From a virus (taxonomy: Duplodnaviria; Caudoviricetes): a stretch of DNA of 64,000 nt. Both the position numbers and the translations under genes were made by a program. Location: IMG/VR virus record IMGVR_UViG_3300034071_000338, positions 148 to 64,147 of that record. The stretch is one strand, 5' to 3'. Of the stretch, positions 30,301 to 39,972 are shown piece after piece. The notes beneath the pieces were generated by a model. The model saw only the letters and a program-made list of their open reading frames with translations. It did no database searches and had not been told where the DNA came from. How positions within the stretch are numbered: the first letter of the stretch is position 1; every line of letters begins with the position of its first letter.

Positions 30301-32194
30301 TATATCTTGTCGCCCAAACAGGCGGTAATTGAGTTGGAGGTATCGTTACTTGAATAGAGTTCTTGTAGGCAGAAAATCCACAAGGGATATGCTCTGTATT
30401 ATTAGGACTTACAAGTGCAGTTGTTGCTCTATTAAACTCATCCATATATACAATACCAATCTCATAATCACGATTGCTATGTAAACTTTGTGTGTTTGCA
30501 ATTTCTTGAAATGTAGCTTGAGCTAATGTCACCTCATAATACTCATACACTGTTTGAGTAGGTGTGGTTAAATTATTAACGTAACGCATAGCAGGAAATT
30601 GGAATCCAATCTCAGTGCTACTCGGACTTGTAATAATATTAATTCCTTGACCAACTGCGCTTATACCACTACCACTTTTTATTAAAGCATCTAAGTTATT
30701 TGGTATAGCACAGTTAAATGCATCTGTAAAAGTTGTACCATTACAAGCATTTGCAATAAGTTGAATATTGGCTGCAGTGCCAACTGCGTTTTGAAACTCA
30801 ACACTTGTAGCTAAATCATACACTGACGCATAATTAGTAGACAAGAAAAATGCAAAGTTCAATCTAACTATATCTGTTGTCTCAGTTGGGAATGGAGTTT
30901 GACCGGTAAATTCAGAATGTGTTATACTAACATCTAAGCTAATTGCAGAACCTGAAACTAAATTTTGGCCTCCTAAATCAAACGTAACGACTGCATTAGC
31001 AATAGTTACACTACCATTAATTGAGTAATTGCCTAAGTCAAGACCATCATTAATGCTTGTATTTCCTATAGGAGTTGATATTAAGTCAGTTGTATATTCA
31101 AATTTAACAGGAGCTCCATATTGGTCTATTAAATCATAACCCTCTACATAGTTGCCATACATCAATCTATTGCCCATAATAGTCTGAGCCTTTGCAAATC
31201 TTGGTACATTGTCGTATAATCTAAGCAATTCTGCTTCTGACAATACAGTAAATATCTTGCTATTAGTAAATGTATATTGATACTCAGTATCATTTGCAAG
31301 TCCTAAATTAGACTTATCAAGTTTTTCAATCACCTTAATAATACTACCATCTGCGCTCTTAAATAATAAATCTAAACCAACTACAAGAGAACTTCCTGAG
31401 TTGTAAGTAATTATAGCAGAGTTACAAAAGTTAGTCATACCATCATTCAAAAAACTCTCAACACTAAAGCTAAAAGGATTAGGAATAAAGGCAGGTTGAG
31501 ACCACTGAGACGTAGCACTATACTCTCCATCTATATATCTATATCTATATGCAAAGCAAATAAATCTTGTGTTTAAAAAATTCTCTTGACCATTAGTTAC
31601 GATAGGCTCAACCATTGGTGATTCTACCGGTGGCTTTTTAATAACAAGCAAAGATTCTGCTGTGATTTGGTCTATATCTGCAATTGGATTAGGATAGTTC
31701 CTTTTGATGTTCATACATCTTGGAGCATTGTAATCATCGGTAAAAAAGAACAAATCGTTTAATATGTCAATACCCGTAACTAAATAACTTGGATTAAAGT
31801 TTAATGTAGTATTAACGCCTCCGCCATCATCAATAGAGACAACGTGATAAGTTAACACACTTGTATAAACATTAAAAGAAACAATTAGGTCAAGTTTTCC
31901 TGTAGCACCTTCTGAGAAATTTGGGTCGTGTATAAGCCAATAGATAGTCTCAGTAGCACTATCTTGCAATGCACCAATACATCTTGCAGATGAACTAAGC
32001 GGAGTTCCGTCAATATACGCCAATGAAGTAAGAGGTATATTACCTTTTGTGTTTTCAATAACCCCCATCTCTGAGTTCTCTGTAGAACCCATTCTAATAT
32101 TCATAGCATCAATATACTCTCCTTCAGGTAATAGGCGTTGGTCTACAACCTTATTCATTCTACCTGCCGTAAAGTTCCTTGTAAATTTTGCCAT
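27353..32194 (-). CDS. Tail stabilization/nozzle (muzzle-like) protein
   Basis: NFTAGRMNK..D.RLLP.GEYIDAMN N-terminus; AQTIMGNRLMYGNY motif; position in the tail module. Confidence 0.7.
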   Translation of the reverse strand: MAKFTRNFTAGRMNKVVDQRLLPEGEYIDAMNIRMGSTENSEMGVIENTKGNIPLTSLAYIDGTPLSSSARCIGALQDSATETIYWLIHDPNFSEGATGKLDLIVSFNVYTSVLTYHVVSIDDGGGVNTTLNFNPSYLVTGIDILNDLFFFTDDYNAPRCMNIKRNYPNPIADIDQITAESLLVIKKPPVESPMVEPIVTNGQENFLNTRFICFAYRYRYIDGEYSATSQWSQPAFIPNPFSFSVESFLNDGMTNFCNSAIITYNSGSSLVVGLDLLFKSADGSIIKVIEKLDKSNLGLANDTEYQYTFTNSKIFTVLSEAELLRLYDNVPRFAKAQTIMGNRLMYGNYVEGYDLIDQYGAPVKFEYTTDLISTPIGNTSINDGLDLGNYSINGSVTIANAVVTFDLGGQNLVSGSAISLDVSITHSEFTGQTPFPTETTDIVRLNFAFFLSTNYASVYDLATSVEFQNAVGTAANIQLIANACNGTTFTDAFNCAIPNNLDALIKSGSGISAVGQGINIITSPSSTEIGFQFPAMRYVNNLTTPTQTVYEYYEVTLAQATFQEIANTQSLHSNRDYEIGIVYMDEFNRATTALVSPNNTEHIPCGFSAYKNSIQVTIPPTQLPPVWATRYKFVIKPDEENYETIYCSIFFEDPLTNNAYFLLEGENARKVEAGDRLIVKADSNGATTSCVYATVLEKSSQATNFIEIPSELDPDVFIPIPAGVYMKINPNSFNIVQDELAIIAPGKITETSPRGGTYPILYYPMNRYDSVTSAWVDYDVPAGSRIVMYIRQSRGGVGNDCEERRNLLEKTFISANAYDNMYDWFIGEDIGQFLNDGIRYAGGGQCIPDNEFTTSITNTAGDISTALCTNYYRFYRNTSTNQLQLMVTGTLPCTGLNYPNARASTVEVNITVFRSDKTLIFETQPSNALPDVFFENEMSFPIVNGNHIGNIQDQNIALGTSAIIDTKFFNCFSFGNGAESYKIRDSIVGNSFNLGNRVTSVSAQDYRAADRFADITYSGVYSAESNVNKLNEFNLGLLNYKVCEPSFGAIYVLDGRETDVLVLQEDKISYVLASKNLISDSTGGGVVASVPEILGTQIARTEKYGISFNPESYIQWGYDRYFTDVKRGAVIQLRGSLTTKNDELIVISEMNMRTWFRDTFNESFNTQKIGGFDPYMNEYVLSSNEINLPENPQCLQCGISQTFSLTTPLAEEKSTQFCVDLGPTVGLTDIDYSVATISSGAEFEIVVEYDGVTTTTGFVDTNGTLTFDKNNVAVEVANITINYIGDITLNVLANCTNATSLTIIQVVLTNDYDSGDTIHTQYRYVDGAYVSPLQSSLVTFASGTTNPLVSRYNVTTNFVGTGAFPPSGSTVSLISNQFSTDTFVFNPATDEFKYLMSDTIYSNNSTDINALLAVATTATPNQGSGTNNYAEFTVPALENNLYLIWDFRAAVATTLCYSAVSIEDVCCDCSLAVESYNCESGDCVDPGDGSGTYATLEECQSNCIVPTISLGAPTCRENNCNDNAACSVRYGINTTDAPAGSYITLTTGFPSSSATVTISDSVPPTGQVLYYEPSGSATPVYFTLELRNSGGTIIATSNTSLTHQSFWPMLPLC

Positions 32195-32195
32195 T

Positions 32196-33119
32196 TTATT
32201 TTATTTGCTTGTCCAATCCTCTTAAGTTCATTAAAAGTCTGCCCGGATGAATATTGCTAATTCTTATTTTTGCATTGCTTAACAACGCTCTTCTTTTCTT
32301 ACGTGCACGAGCAACGATATACTCTTGAACACCAAGTTTAGAACTTAGTATCTCATATTCAATTGCGGCATAAATATATGCCTCAAATAACTTATTCACC
32401 GTAATCAAAGAATTGTCTCCGCCTTCCATACCATCAGAAACATATTCAAGAATACAAGACTGACCTGACATTGACGAGTCAAAGTTAATAACTCCTGCTT
32501 TTCTATCAATATTAAATGTAGGATTAAAATTAGCTGTCTCTGTATTTAATCCATAAGCAGTTCCAATGTTGCCTTCAAAATACCACATTCCATCATAGTT
32601 CCAACCTAATTCACCATTAAATTGATTCCCTTGATTTAAGTAGATACTCTTTTTAGTCTTAGTCAATCTATCAAAGTCTATGTTTGAATACTGAGGACTT
32701 AATGCATTTCCATCTTGGTCAAATAAAATACGACCTGTATTGTCTTGCAAGTATGCTTTAGATGAAAGCGTTTGAATATTCTCAGACAATGGACGTAACC
32801 ATCCATCTTTGTATAATGAAACACGAACCCAATTCACATAATCAGAAGGTAATATGTATCTCAACATATCAGGAACCGTAAGCTCCAATACTTTAATTTC
32901 TTTAAATGCATCGTAATTTAATTCCTGAATAGCACGCTTCGCGTGAAATAATACCTTATAACGCTCTTCATTATTAACTAATGAGTGGTTTCCTGAGTAC
33001 ATCAATAAGAAGTTATTTACAATGTCTTGTAAGCTAACATACTGATACGACCCCCAATTGGTATCTTCAGGCGTTACTCCTCCATTCTCGTAGTATTGAT
33101 ACTGTGATATATATGCCAT
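32196..33119 (-). CDS. Tail ring/adaptor protein
   Basis: FHAKRAIQELNYD and LPSDYVNWVR motifs; position downstream of the capsid gene. Confidence 0.6.
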   Translation of the reverse strand: MAYISQYQYYENGGVTPEDTNWGSYQYVSLQDIVNNFLLMYSGNHSLVNNEERYKVLFHAKRAIQELNYDAFKEIKVLELTVPDMLRYILPSDYVNWVRVSLYKDGWLRPLSENIQTLSSKAYLQDNTGRILFDQDGNALSPQYSNIDFDRLTKTKKSIYLNQGNQFNGELGWNYDGMWYFEGNIGTAYGLNTETANFNPTFNIDRKAGVINFDSSMSGQSCILEYVSDGMEGGDNSLITVNKLFEAYIYAAIEYEILSSKLGVQEYIVARARKKRRALLSNAKIRISNIHPGRLLMNLRGLDKQIK

Positions 33120-33129
33120 ATCTTATTTT

Positions 33130-34068
33130 TTATGGGTTATTTTCTTGTTGCTCCTTAGTCATACTAAATTGTGTAACCTGCGTTTCACGAATAGATATAC
33201 CACAATATTGAAGAATCCTTGTAACTAATTTATATTCATCTTCAAGAGGCAGCTCAAAATCTTGGTAATCATTTTGTGATTGGTCAAATATAGGCTCACC
33301 ATTACTAAGTGTTATGTATGTCCATTTAGGAACCTTAGGGAATCTAAAGTAAGTAGCTTGAACTTGACCCTTATTGCTTATTGTAGCAGGATAGATAGTT
33401 AAATCAGTGCCCTGTACAGTATATGAAGGATATTGAATTGTAGGCGGAGTTAAGTTAGAATTATTAAGAAGTGTCATATTTGAATTAATAACCTTCTCTG
33501 CTTGTACAACAGTTGCAGACGAGAATATGCTATAAGCATTTCCTGATGCTAAAAATATGTTTGAATCCAACTGAATTGCTGTATTACTCAATACTGACAC
33601 AACTGTAGATACTAACCCTGTTGTAAGGTTTGTAACAACATCTCCTGCTGACAAATCATTAGTAGTAAAAGTTGCAGTGCTATCAACTAATTGACCACTT
33701 ACAACTGCTGTGTTAGTGCCTGTCTTTAAACTTATAGGCTTACACTCAACATCTAATATCATATAAGAATAATACCCCGTTGTAGTAGGAGTAGGTACTG
33801 AGAATCTATTAGCTGAAATTTTAGATAAATAGTCTTTTCTTAAAAAAGATTCTAATGTCTCAGCAATTGGCTGTTCCATATCGGCATAATTAACGCCTGC
33901 GGTACGAGCATTTTCTAAATTTATAACAGCATTGTAACTGCTAAAATACTCCTCAAAGATTTCCATTTGCGCATTTTGAGCATACAAATTAAAATCAGAA
34001 GGAGAGATGTATCCGTAGTTATTCTTATTCAGTACAGACAACACCGTATTTCTTACTGAGTTTATCAT
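33130..34068 (-). CDS. Head-tail adaptor/ring protein
   Basis: LNKNNYGYISPSDFN.YA..AQ N-terminus and DFELP C-terminus. Confidence 0.6.
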   Translation of the reverse strand: MINSVRNTVLSVLNKNNYGYISPSDFNLYAQNAQMEIFEEYFSSYNAVINLENARTAGVNYADMEQPIAETLESFLRKDYLSKISANRFSVPTPTTTGYYSYMILDVECKPISLKTGTNTAVVSGQLVDSTATFTTNDLSAGDVVTNLTTGLVSTVVSVLSNTAIQLDSNIFLASGNAYSIFSSATVVQAEKVINSNMTLLNNSNLTPPTIQYPSYTVQGTDLTIYPATISNKGQVQATYFRFPKVPKWTYITLSNGEPIFDQSQNDYQDFELPLEDEYKLVTRILQYCGISIRETQVTQFSMTKEQQENNP

Positions 34069-34082
34069 TACTTCTTTTTTTA

Positions 34083-34090
34083 CAAATATA
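34083..34090 (-). promoter_or_regulatory. Putative Bacteroidota -7 promoter element
   Basis: TATATTTG on the - strand, 14 nt upstream of ATG 34068. Confidence 0.55.
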
Positions 34091-34093
34091 CAT

Positions 34094-34125
34094 AAAAAAA
34101 AAGAGGGTACAATAAGTACCCTCTT
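34094..34125 (-). terminator. Intrinsic terminator
   Basis: AGAGGGTAC-TTATT-GTACCCTCT followed by a T tract on the - strand. Confidence 0.8.
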
Positions 34126-34153
34126 CTAACCAATAATCAATAATCAAAACCTA

Positions 34154-34897
34154 TTATGCCAATGTCGCTTCTAACATTTTTAAGGAATCAATACCTTCAT
34201 CACTTTGCAAGAAGTGGGCTACCATCTCATAAGGGTCTTCTCCGAATGGAACAGATAACATCTTCTTTTTGTTGGTTGCGGTATTAAACCACACCTCTTT
34301 CTCACCATTTCTTAATACCAACAACTTATTTTCAAAGAATAAACGAACCTTAGCTTGAAACTTCAATTCAGGGTCATTTAATATATTTAAGAACTCTTTA
34401 GGGTCTCTTTTAGCAAATACCAAGATGTCACGCTTTAACTCAGCAGTAGACACGGTAGATGGGTCTTTTCCAAACATCACTCTTGTAAGTGTTTCAATTT
34501 GGTCAAGTGATAACTGACGAGCTTCAATTAGAGCCTCAACTTCTAAGTTTAAGTCTTCTACCTCAGCAGCAGCATCTTTTTCTTTATCTACTTCAGCAAA
34601 TATAGTACCATTTAATGGATGGTAATGTAAAAATTGCTGTAATACAGGGTTGTTTTTTGGAACTCTCAAGAAGCCATCTTCAAAGATAATTGGCTCTATA
34701 ATTGCATTTCCATCTTGTTCGTCCTCAAATGGGGACTGTTGATTCGTTGAATATCTCAATGAACGATTAACATTGTTTTTCTCGTCAAACCACATTAGTG
34801 GGAATCGAGGGTGGTTTCTTGACGCTAACGTATATGATAGCGGATTTCCTATTTTTAACTTGTAGACTTTGTCCACAGGTGTTGTACCTTTTGCCAT
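34154..34897 (-). CDS. Conserved capsid-adjacent protein
   Basis: 247 aa; LRY..NQ.SPF.DEQ and I.FEDG.L.VP motifs; follows the major capsid gene. Confidence 0.6.
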   Translation of the reverse strand: MAKGTTPVDKVYKLKIGNPLSYTLASRNHPRFPLMWFDEKNNVNRSLRYSTNQQSPFEDEQDGNAIIEPIIFEDGFLRVPKNNPVLQQFLHYHPLNGTIFAEVDKEKDAAAEVEDLNLEVEALIEARQLSLDQIETLTRVMFGKDPSTVSTAELKRDILVFAKRDPKEFLNILNDPELKFQAKVRLFFENKLLVLRNGEKEVWFNTATNKKKMLSVPFGEDPYEMVAHFLQSDEGIDSLKMLEATLA

Positions 34898-34921
34898 TTT
34901 GTATTTAATTTAATTAGATTT

Positions 34922-34955
34922 AAAAAAGGGAGAGTGTCTTTAAAGACACCCTCCC
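34922..34955 (-). terminator. Major-capsid terminator whose stem contains palindrome copy 6 (34934-34949)
   Basis: GGGAGG-GTGTCTTTAAAGACAC-TCTCCC-TTTTTT on the - strand, 17 nt after the capsid stop codon. Confidence 0.85.
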
Positions 34956-34972
34956 GGTATATTTACCACCTA

Positions 34973-36391
34973 TTATCCATAACGGAATAATACGAAGTTG
35001 TTTGCACCCAAAGTACATACGCAACGCTCAGACAAGAAGTTTACCTCCATTGCATCCAAGTCGCTTGTGGCAGCACCACCGGCAGAACCTGTAATCCAAG
35101 TCTTGTATCTTCTATCTTCTGCTTCAGAAGCACGGTATCTTACGTGTAAGAAAGGACGCTTAGCGTTCTTACCCATAATTTGGTCGTACACTGAAGTAGA
35201 ACCTGCAGGAACCATCAAACCTGTGATAGTACCTGTTGCAGTACCTGCTGTTTGGTTTAAACCACCACGCATTGTTGGGTCGTTTAGGTATTTCCAATCA
35301 GACTTGTAGAAGTCATAACCTCTACGGAATCCTGTGAAACCTAAGTTTAACGCCATATCAACATCGTTATCGAAAAGACCGAATGAAGCTGATTGAGCAA
35401 CACCACCTGAAGTGTAGCCGTTCAATGTAGCTAACATATTGTCAATATCGAAGCTCAATCCACGATTTACGAATACTACGTTCTCTTCGATAGCACCTTG
35501 CTTATCTAAACGAGAAACGATAGAATCCCAATCAGAAAGAGTTGTTGGAGTACCACCACCCCAAACGTTACCACGATTGTTTACTACGTAGAAGATACCC
35601 TCAGAACCAATGAAACCTGCAGTTGCCGCACCTGAAGATGCTGCAGCAGGAACTGCTTCAATCATTGAAGTCTCTAAGTAATCTTCAAAACGTAAACGAG
35701 TCTCGTGCTCTGATTTCAAATACCACAAGTATCCTGTAGCACCGTTCTCAGTAGTCACTTCAACCCAACCGATTTGAGCCATATCAGAACCGTTAACCGC
35801 ATACTTATCTTTGATGATAATAGGGTTGTTAGAGAAGATGCTATCTTCAGATTCTAATGAACCAATCATTCCGTTAGTTCCTTTCTTGAACTCAGAACCG
35901 TAAATGAATACAGTACATTGAGTAGAAACTGCGAATGCTTGACCTGCAGTCTCGTAGTAAGCTACTGTGAAAGTAGTTGCTGAAGGAACTGCTGTAACGA
36001 TTGCTTTGTTGAAAACACCTGAAGTGTTATTCTGAATCATAACAGTTTGTCCAACACGGATTGCGATGTAAGTTACACCACTATCAGCTACAGTGAAAGT
36101 TGCGGTTGCCGCACCTGCTGCTGCTGCTGAAGTAATATTAGTGTACTTAATGTGTAAACGTCCTTGTTCTGCCCATTTAACTTGGTCTGAATTAGACGGC
36201 ATCTCTGCTCCTACCATACGTAAGAAAGATGCAATTGTTCTATTACCATAACGCTCAAATTCCTTCTCATAAGTATCAGGAAGATACTGATTCAAGAAAT
36301 TAAAGTTGGTAATGTAGTTAGTTTGTAAGGCCACCTGCTCAGCACTCGGCTGCAACGCAAAGGTAGGGTTACTTAATAATGTACCTGCCAT
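34973..36391 (-). CDS. Major capsid protein
   Basis: 472 aa following portal and scaffold genes; QYLPD.YE.E.ERYGNR and W.EQGRLH motifs; strong terminator downstream. Confidence 0.8.
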   Translation of the reverse strand: MAGTLLSNPTFALQPSAEQVALQTNYITNFNFLNQYLPDTYEKEFERYGNRTIASFLRMVGAEMPSNSDQVKWAEQGRLHIKYTNITSAAAAGAATATFTVADSGVTYIAIRVGQTVMIQNNTSGVFNKAIVTAVPSATTFTVAYYETAGQAFAVSTQCTVFIYGSEFKKGTNGMIGSLESEDSIFSNNPIIIKDKYAVNGSDMAQIGWVEVTTENGATGYLWYLKSEHETRLRFEDYLETSMIEAVPAAASSGAATAGFIGSEGIFYVVNNRGNVWGGGTPTTLSDWDSIVSRLDKQGAIEENVVFVNRGLSFDIDNMLATLNGYTSGGVAQSASFGLFDNDVDMALNLGFTGFRRGYDFYKSDWKYLNDPTMRGGLNQTAGTATGTITGLMVPAGSTSVYDQIMGKNAKRPFLHVRYRASEAEDRRYKTWITGSAGGAATSDLDAMEVNFLSERCVCTLGANNFVLFRYG

Positions 36392-36410
36392 TTTAATTAA
36401 TTTTTAATGT

Positions 36411-37490
36411 TTATATTTTTTTTATGCTGCGAATTTTCAGGTTTCGTCCTGAATCAGGGTTTATCGCTTTCACCTGCATTCCATCTGTAGCCTTTCCTAC
36501 TTCAGGAGCTTTACGCTCAGACATATTGATGTTCTTGATTTTACGAGTAACATCATCTGTGGCGTCAGCTAATCCTTGTTCGTAGAAGTACTTAGCAAAC
36601 TTTTCAGGATGCATTGCTATTGCCAAAGACCTATGATAACCTGATGCGTCTTTCATCAAACCTTGGTCATCCAAAAACTTGTTTATAAAGTTTTGTGGAG
36701 TTGCTTGGTTCTTTTTCAACTCATTGGCGTCTCCCGGAGCAAACGTGAACTTCTTGTCATTAACACTGAACTCAAAACCTTTGAACTCTCCGTTAAAAAC
36801 TTCGTTCGTCTTTTGGTCAAACCATTGACGCTTACGATTGTTCTCCTCTTCTATGGTCTTTGCCTGTTGGGTATATTGCTTATAGCTTTCGTACACTTCT
36901 TTTTCTGCATCCGGAACAAATCCCATTCTTGACTCAAGCGGCATTTTATATTGTTCCTTTTGGGAATTGAAGTATTTCTTGGCTTCAGCAAGAACTTTCT
37001 TCTTTGCGATTTTTGCCTTTTTAACGGTTGACTCATCGTCTAACTCTACGTCAAACTTGTACTCATCCATTAACGTCTCAATGTCATCACTATCAAGACC
37101 TTCCTGTGTGGAAGCAAGGTATTCTTTAAGAAGTTGGTCAGGGTCCATTGCTTCAAAGTCCTTTGATAATTTAACAAAGTCTTCAAAACCACGTCCTGTC
37201 TCCTTTTTATATTTCATAAAAGCAGCTACATCTTCAGGTAGTTGCTCAGCTTCTTTACGCTCAGCCACTAAATCATCTAATGAATTAATCTGCTTGTTAT
37301 ATCTTTTACCAATATATGAAAGAACATCTTCGTCTTTTAATTCAACCTCATTTGCTTGTGGCTCCGGTTCATTTATTTCCGGCTCCGGTTCTTGATTTAA
37401 CGACTCTTCGTGTTTCTCAAGTAATTGTTGCTCCACTTCTTGAACACTCTTTGGTTCAATTACGTCTAACGCTCTAACTTTTAATTCCAT
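36411..37490 (-). CDS. Capsid scaffolding-like protein
   Basis: Acidic, helical, located between portal and capsid; TATTTTTG element at 37511-37518. Confidence 0.6.
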   Translation of the reverse strand: MELKVRALDVIEPKSVQEVEQQLLEKHEESLNQEPEPEINEPEPQANEVELKDEDVLSYIGKRYNKQINSLDDLVAERKEAEQLPEDVAAFMKYKKETGRGFEDFVKLSKDFEAMDPDQLLKEYLASTQEGLDSDDIETLMDEYKFDVELDDESTVKKAKIAKKKVLAEAKKYFNSQKEQYKMPLESRMGFVPDAEKEVYESYKQYTQQAKTIEEENNRKRQWFDQKTNEVFNGEFKGFEFSVNDKKFTFAPGDANELKKNQATPQNFINKFLDDQGLMKDASGYHRSLAIAMHPEKFAKYFYEQGLADATDDVTRKIKNINMSERKAPEVGKATDGMQVKAINPDSGRNLKIRSIKKI

Positions 37491-37536
37491 TTGATTTGAT
37501 TTAATTTATACAAAAATAGATAAAAATTTCGACATT

Positions 37537-39972
37537 TTATCGAGGTTCAAATTCCGCTAAGTCAAATCCATCTAAGCTATCCTCGTTTGATTCAAAGCTC
37601 ATAGGAGGAAGATTGTTCTTTCTTTGATTAATTAACTTAGATTGCTCGGTGTTTTGTTGACTAATTCTTTGCGATTTTAAATCCTCTTTCATCTTATCTC
37701 TATCAGTAATTTCTTTTGATTCAATACCCTTAAGTTGCATATTGTAGTCAAACTCTTCTCTCATTAATTGAGATTTTAATTTAGCTTCAGCTTCAGTTCT
37801 TTGAATTTCAAATGCAACTTCAGCTTGTTTGATTTGCATCTTAGACCTTGTCTCCATTTCAATTTTCTGCATTGCCACTTGTCCTGCCAACTCCTGAGAC
37901 TTCAATTGTTGTTGAGAAATCATTGCTTGCTGTTGCATTTGCATTTTCTCTTTTTGCTCTTGAGTCTTAATACGCTTCATCTTTAATAACTGATTAGCTA
38001 ACTTAAGATTGCGAATCTCACGAATGTCAATTGCATCCTCAAGGTTAATGTCACCTTTAGATAATGCCATTTGGATATTAGCTTCAAGCTGTGCTTTTTG
38101 CTCTTCATCAGGAGAAATCTCAATGAATATACCAAAGTCGTAAATATAAAGGTCCTTAATATCATTTAAGATAGATACATTGTACTTTCCAATTTGATTA
38201 GCAAACTCTTCTTTAAAGTCAGAATATTGAAGAATGTCACCTACTCTATAGGTTAATGCCTCAGCTAATGAACGATAAATGTACAAAGAAGCGTCAAGTA
38301 TGTGTCTTGTAGCTGTATTTGAATTTAATGCAGCCAATTTTTGTAACCCAACCAATGAGTTAGGGTCAGGATTTGAGCCATCTCTTGCCTCGTTAAGACC
38401 GGTCACAGACCTAATCATATCGATGTAATGGTTCATATTGGTAATAAGCATCTGAGTTTTAGCCGCACCTGAGCTTGAGTTAAGCTGAGTAATAGGCACT
38501 CTTGCATTATTAAACTCACCATCTTGAGTATAGCTTCTACCAATTACACTACCCGTTTGGAAGTATAATCTTAAAGCATCCTCAGGATTGTATGCATTAC
38601 CCGTTCCTAAGTCAATCTCGTTCAGACCATCAGCATCGATGAAGACACCATCAGGTACAGTACGAGCAATAACTTGTTGTAATTTTAAATGCGTGATTTG
38701 AATCAAATCAGCAAATGGTATCATTCTTCTACATAATGACTCAATAACGCCCTTGTACATACGAGGTGCACAAGCAACGTAGTTTGGTAAAGCGTGTTGA
38801 GAAGCTGACTTAGGACGAACCATATTCTCAGACATCTTCCACTGCAATAAGATATTGGTACCCATTACCATAATACCTTCATACCAAACATCAATAGTCT
38901 TTTCTATTTTTTCAAAGTTGCCTTCCTCCATCATTTCAACAGGAGGATTAAAAGTCTCATCTTTCTCAATAACACGAGAGCCACCGCCTTCAAGTCGCTT
39001 CTTCTTATAAACCACCTTTTTAGATGTTTTATAGTTAAAGTACATTAAAGTACAAGTGTCTTTATTGAATAAGCTATTCTCATAGAATTGAGCCACGTTA
39101 TAATAATCATACCACGCTTGGCTATATTGAGTTATCTCTTGTAAATCTTCTTTTGTAAGACTTTGGTCAATCTTCATTAATTCCATAATAGGAAGCGTCT
39201 TAATCTCTCCCCAATAGAAACAATCTTTAAAGAATGGGTCTTCAGTATAGCTATACACAATATTAGCAGGGTCAACGTATGAAACCTCAACACCTGTTCC
39301 TAATAAGAACTCGTGCTTAGCTACGCCAATACCTACAACAGCAATGTCGTAGTCTATTCTTTTTCTAATATCGTCATAGTGATTCTCATCAAATATGGTA
39401 TTGATTGCTTCTTCTTCTGCAATCTCAATAGCAGGCTTATACTTAAGCTGCATATATAATGATAATTCTTCGTCAGTTTCAGGAAGCTCCTCAGGGTCCA
39501 TCATAAAAGTATCAACGCCTGTCTTTTCTTTGATGGTGCTTAATATATCTTTTGAGACCATTTGAGCCTCAATCATATCTTGATACTTGCTTCTCTTAGC
39601 TTGAGACATTGCATCTTGTGCATAGGTCTTAACTTTAAAAAGTCTATCAGACATACCATTTACAACAATGTCAATGAATTTAGGAAGGATAGGAACCGGT
39701 GTCCAATCTAAGTTTAAATGAGACAAATCACCATCAATAGCAATTTCATTTTTATATTTTGCAATAGATTGTTCTCCACGTGCATACAATCGTAATCTAC
39801 GGAAATCTCTCCATTGGCTATAGTATCTACAGGCGTTTCCATCTTTACGAAACCATTCATATTGGATGGCCTGACCCACTTGTAAACCAAATGTGTCAGA
39901 TGCCTTTTCTGCGTCAGTAGCTAACTGACTTGGAAAGGACACACTATTTATTTCGATTGCTACATTTTTCAT
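37537..39972 (-). CDS. Portal protein
   Basis: 811 aa directly after the terminase; LNLDW.PVPI.PKF.DIVVNG motif; Q-rich C-terminal coiled coil. Confidence 0.8.
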   Translation of the reverse strand: MKNVAIEINSVSFPSQLATDAEKASDTFGLQVGQAIQYEWFRKDGNACRYYSQWRDFRRLRLYARGEQSIAKYKNEIAIDGDLSHLNLDWTPVPILPKFIDIVVNGMSDRLFKVKTYAQDAMSQAKRSKYQDMIEAQMVSKDILSTIKEKTGVDTFMMDPEELPETDEELSLYMQLKYKPAIEIAEEEAINTIFDENHYDDIRKRIDYDIAVVGIGVAKHEFLLGTGVEVSYVDPANIVYSYTEDPFFKDCFYWGEIKTLPIMELMKIDQSLTKEDLQEITQYSQAWYDYYNVAQFYENSLFNKDTCTLMYFNYKTSKKVVYKKKRLEGGGSRVIEKDETFNPPVEMMEEGNFEKIEKTIDVWYEGIMVMGTNILLQWKMSENMVRPKSASQHALPNYVACAPRMYKGVIESLCRRMIPFADLIQITHLKLQQVIARTVPDGVFIDADGLNEIDLGTGNAYNPEDALRLYFQTGSVIGRSYTQDGEFNNARVPITQLNSSSGAAKTQMLITNMNHYIDMIRSVTGLNEARDGSNPDPNSLVGLQKLAALNSNTATRHILDASLYIYRSLAEALTYRVGDILQYSDFKEEFANQIGKYNVSILNDIKDLYIYDFGIFIEISPDEEQKAQLEANIQMALSKGDINLEDAIDIREIRNLKLANQLLKMKRIKTQEQKEKMQMQQQAMISQQQLKSQELAGQVAMQKIEMETRSKMQIKQAEVAFEIQRTEAEAKLKSQLMREEFDYNMQLKGIESKEITDRDKMKEDLKSQRISQQNTEQSKLINQRKNNLPPMSFESNEDSLDGFDLAEFEPR

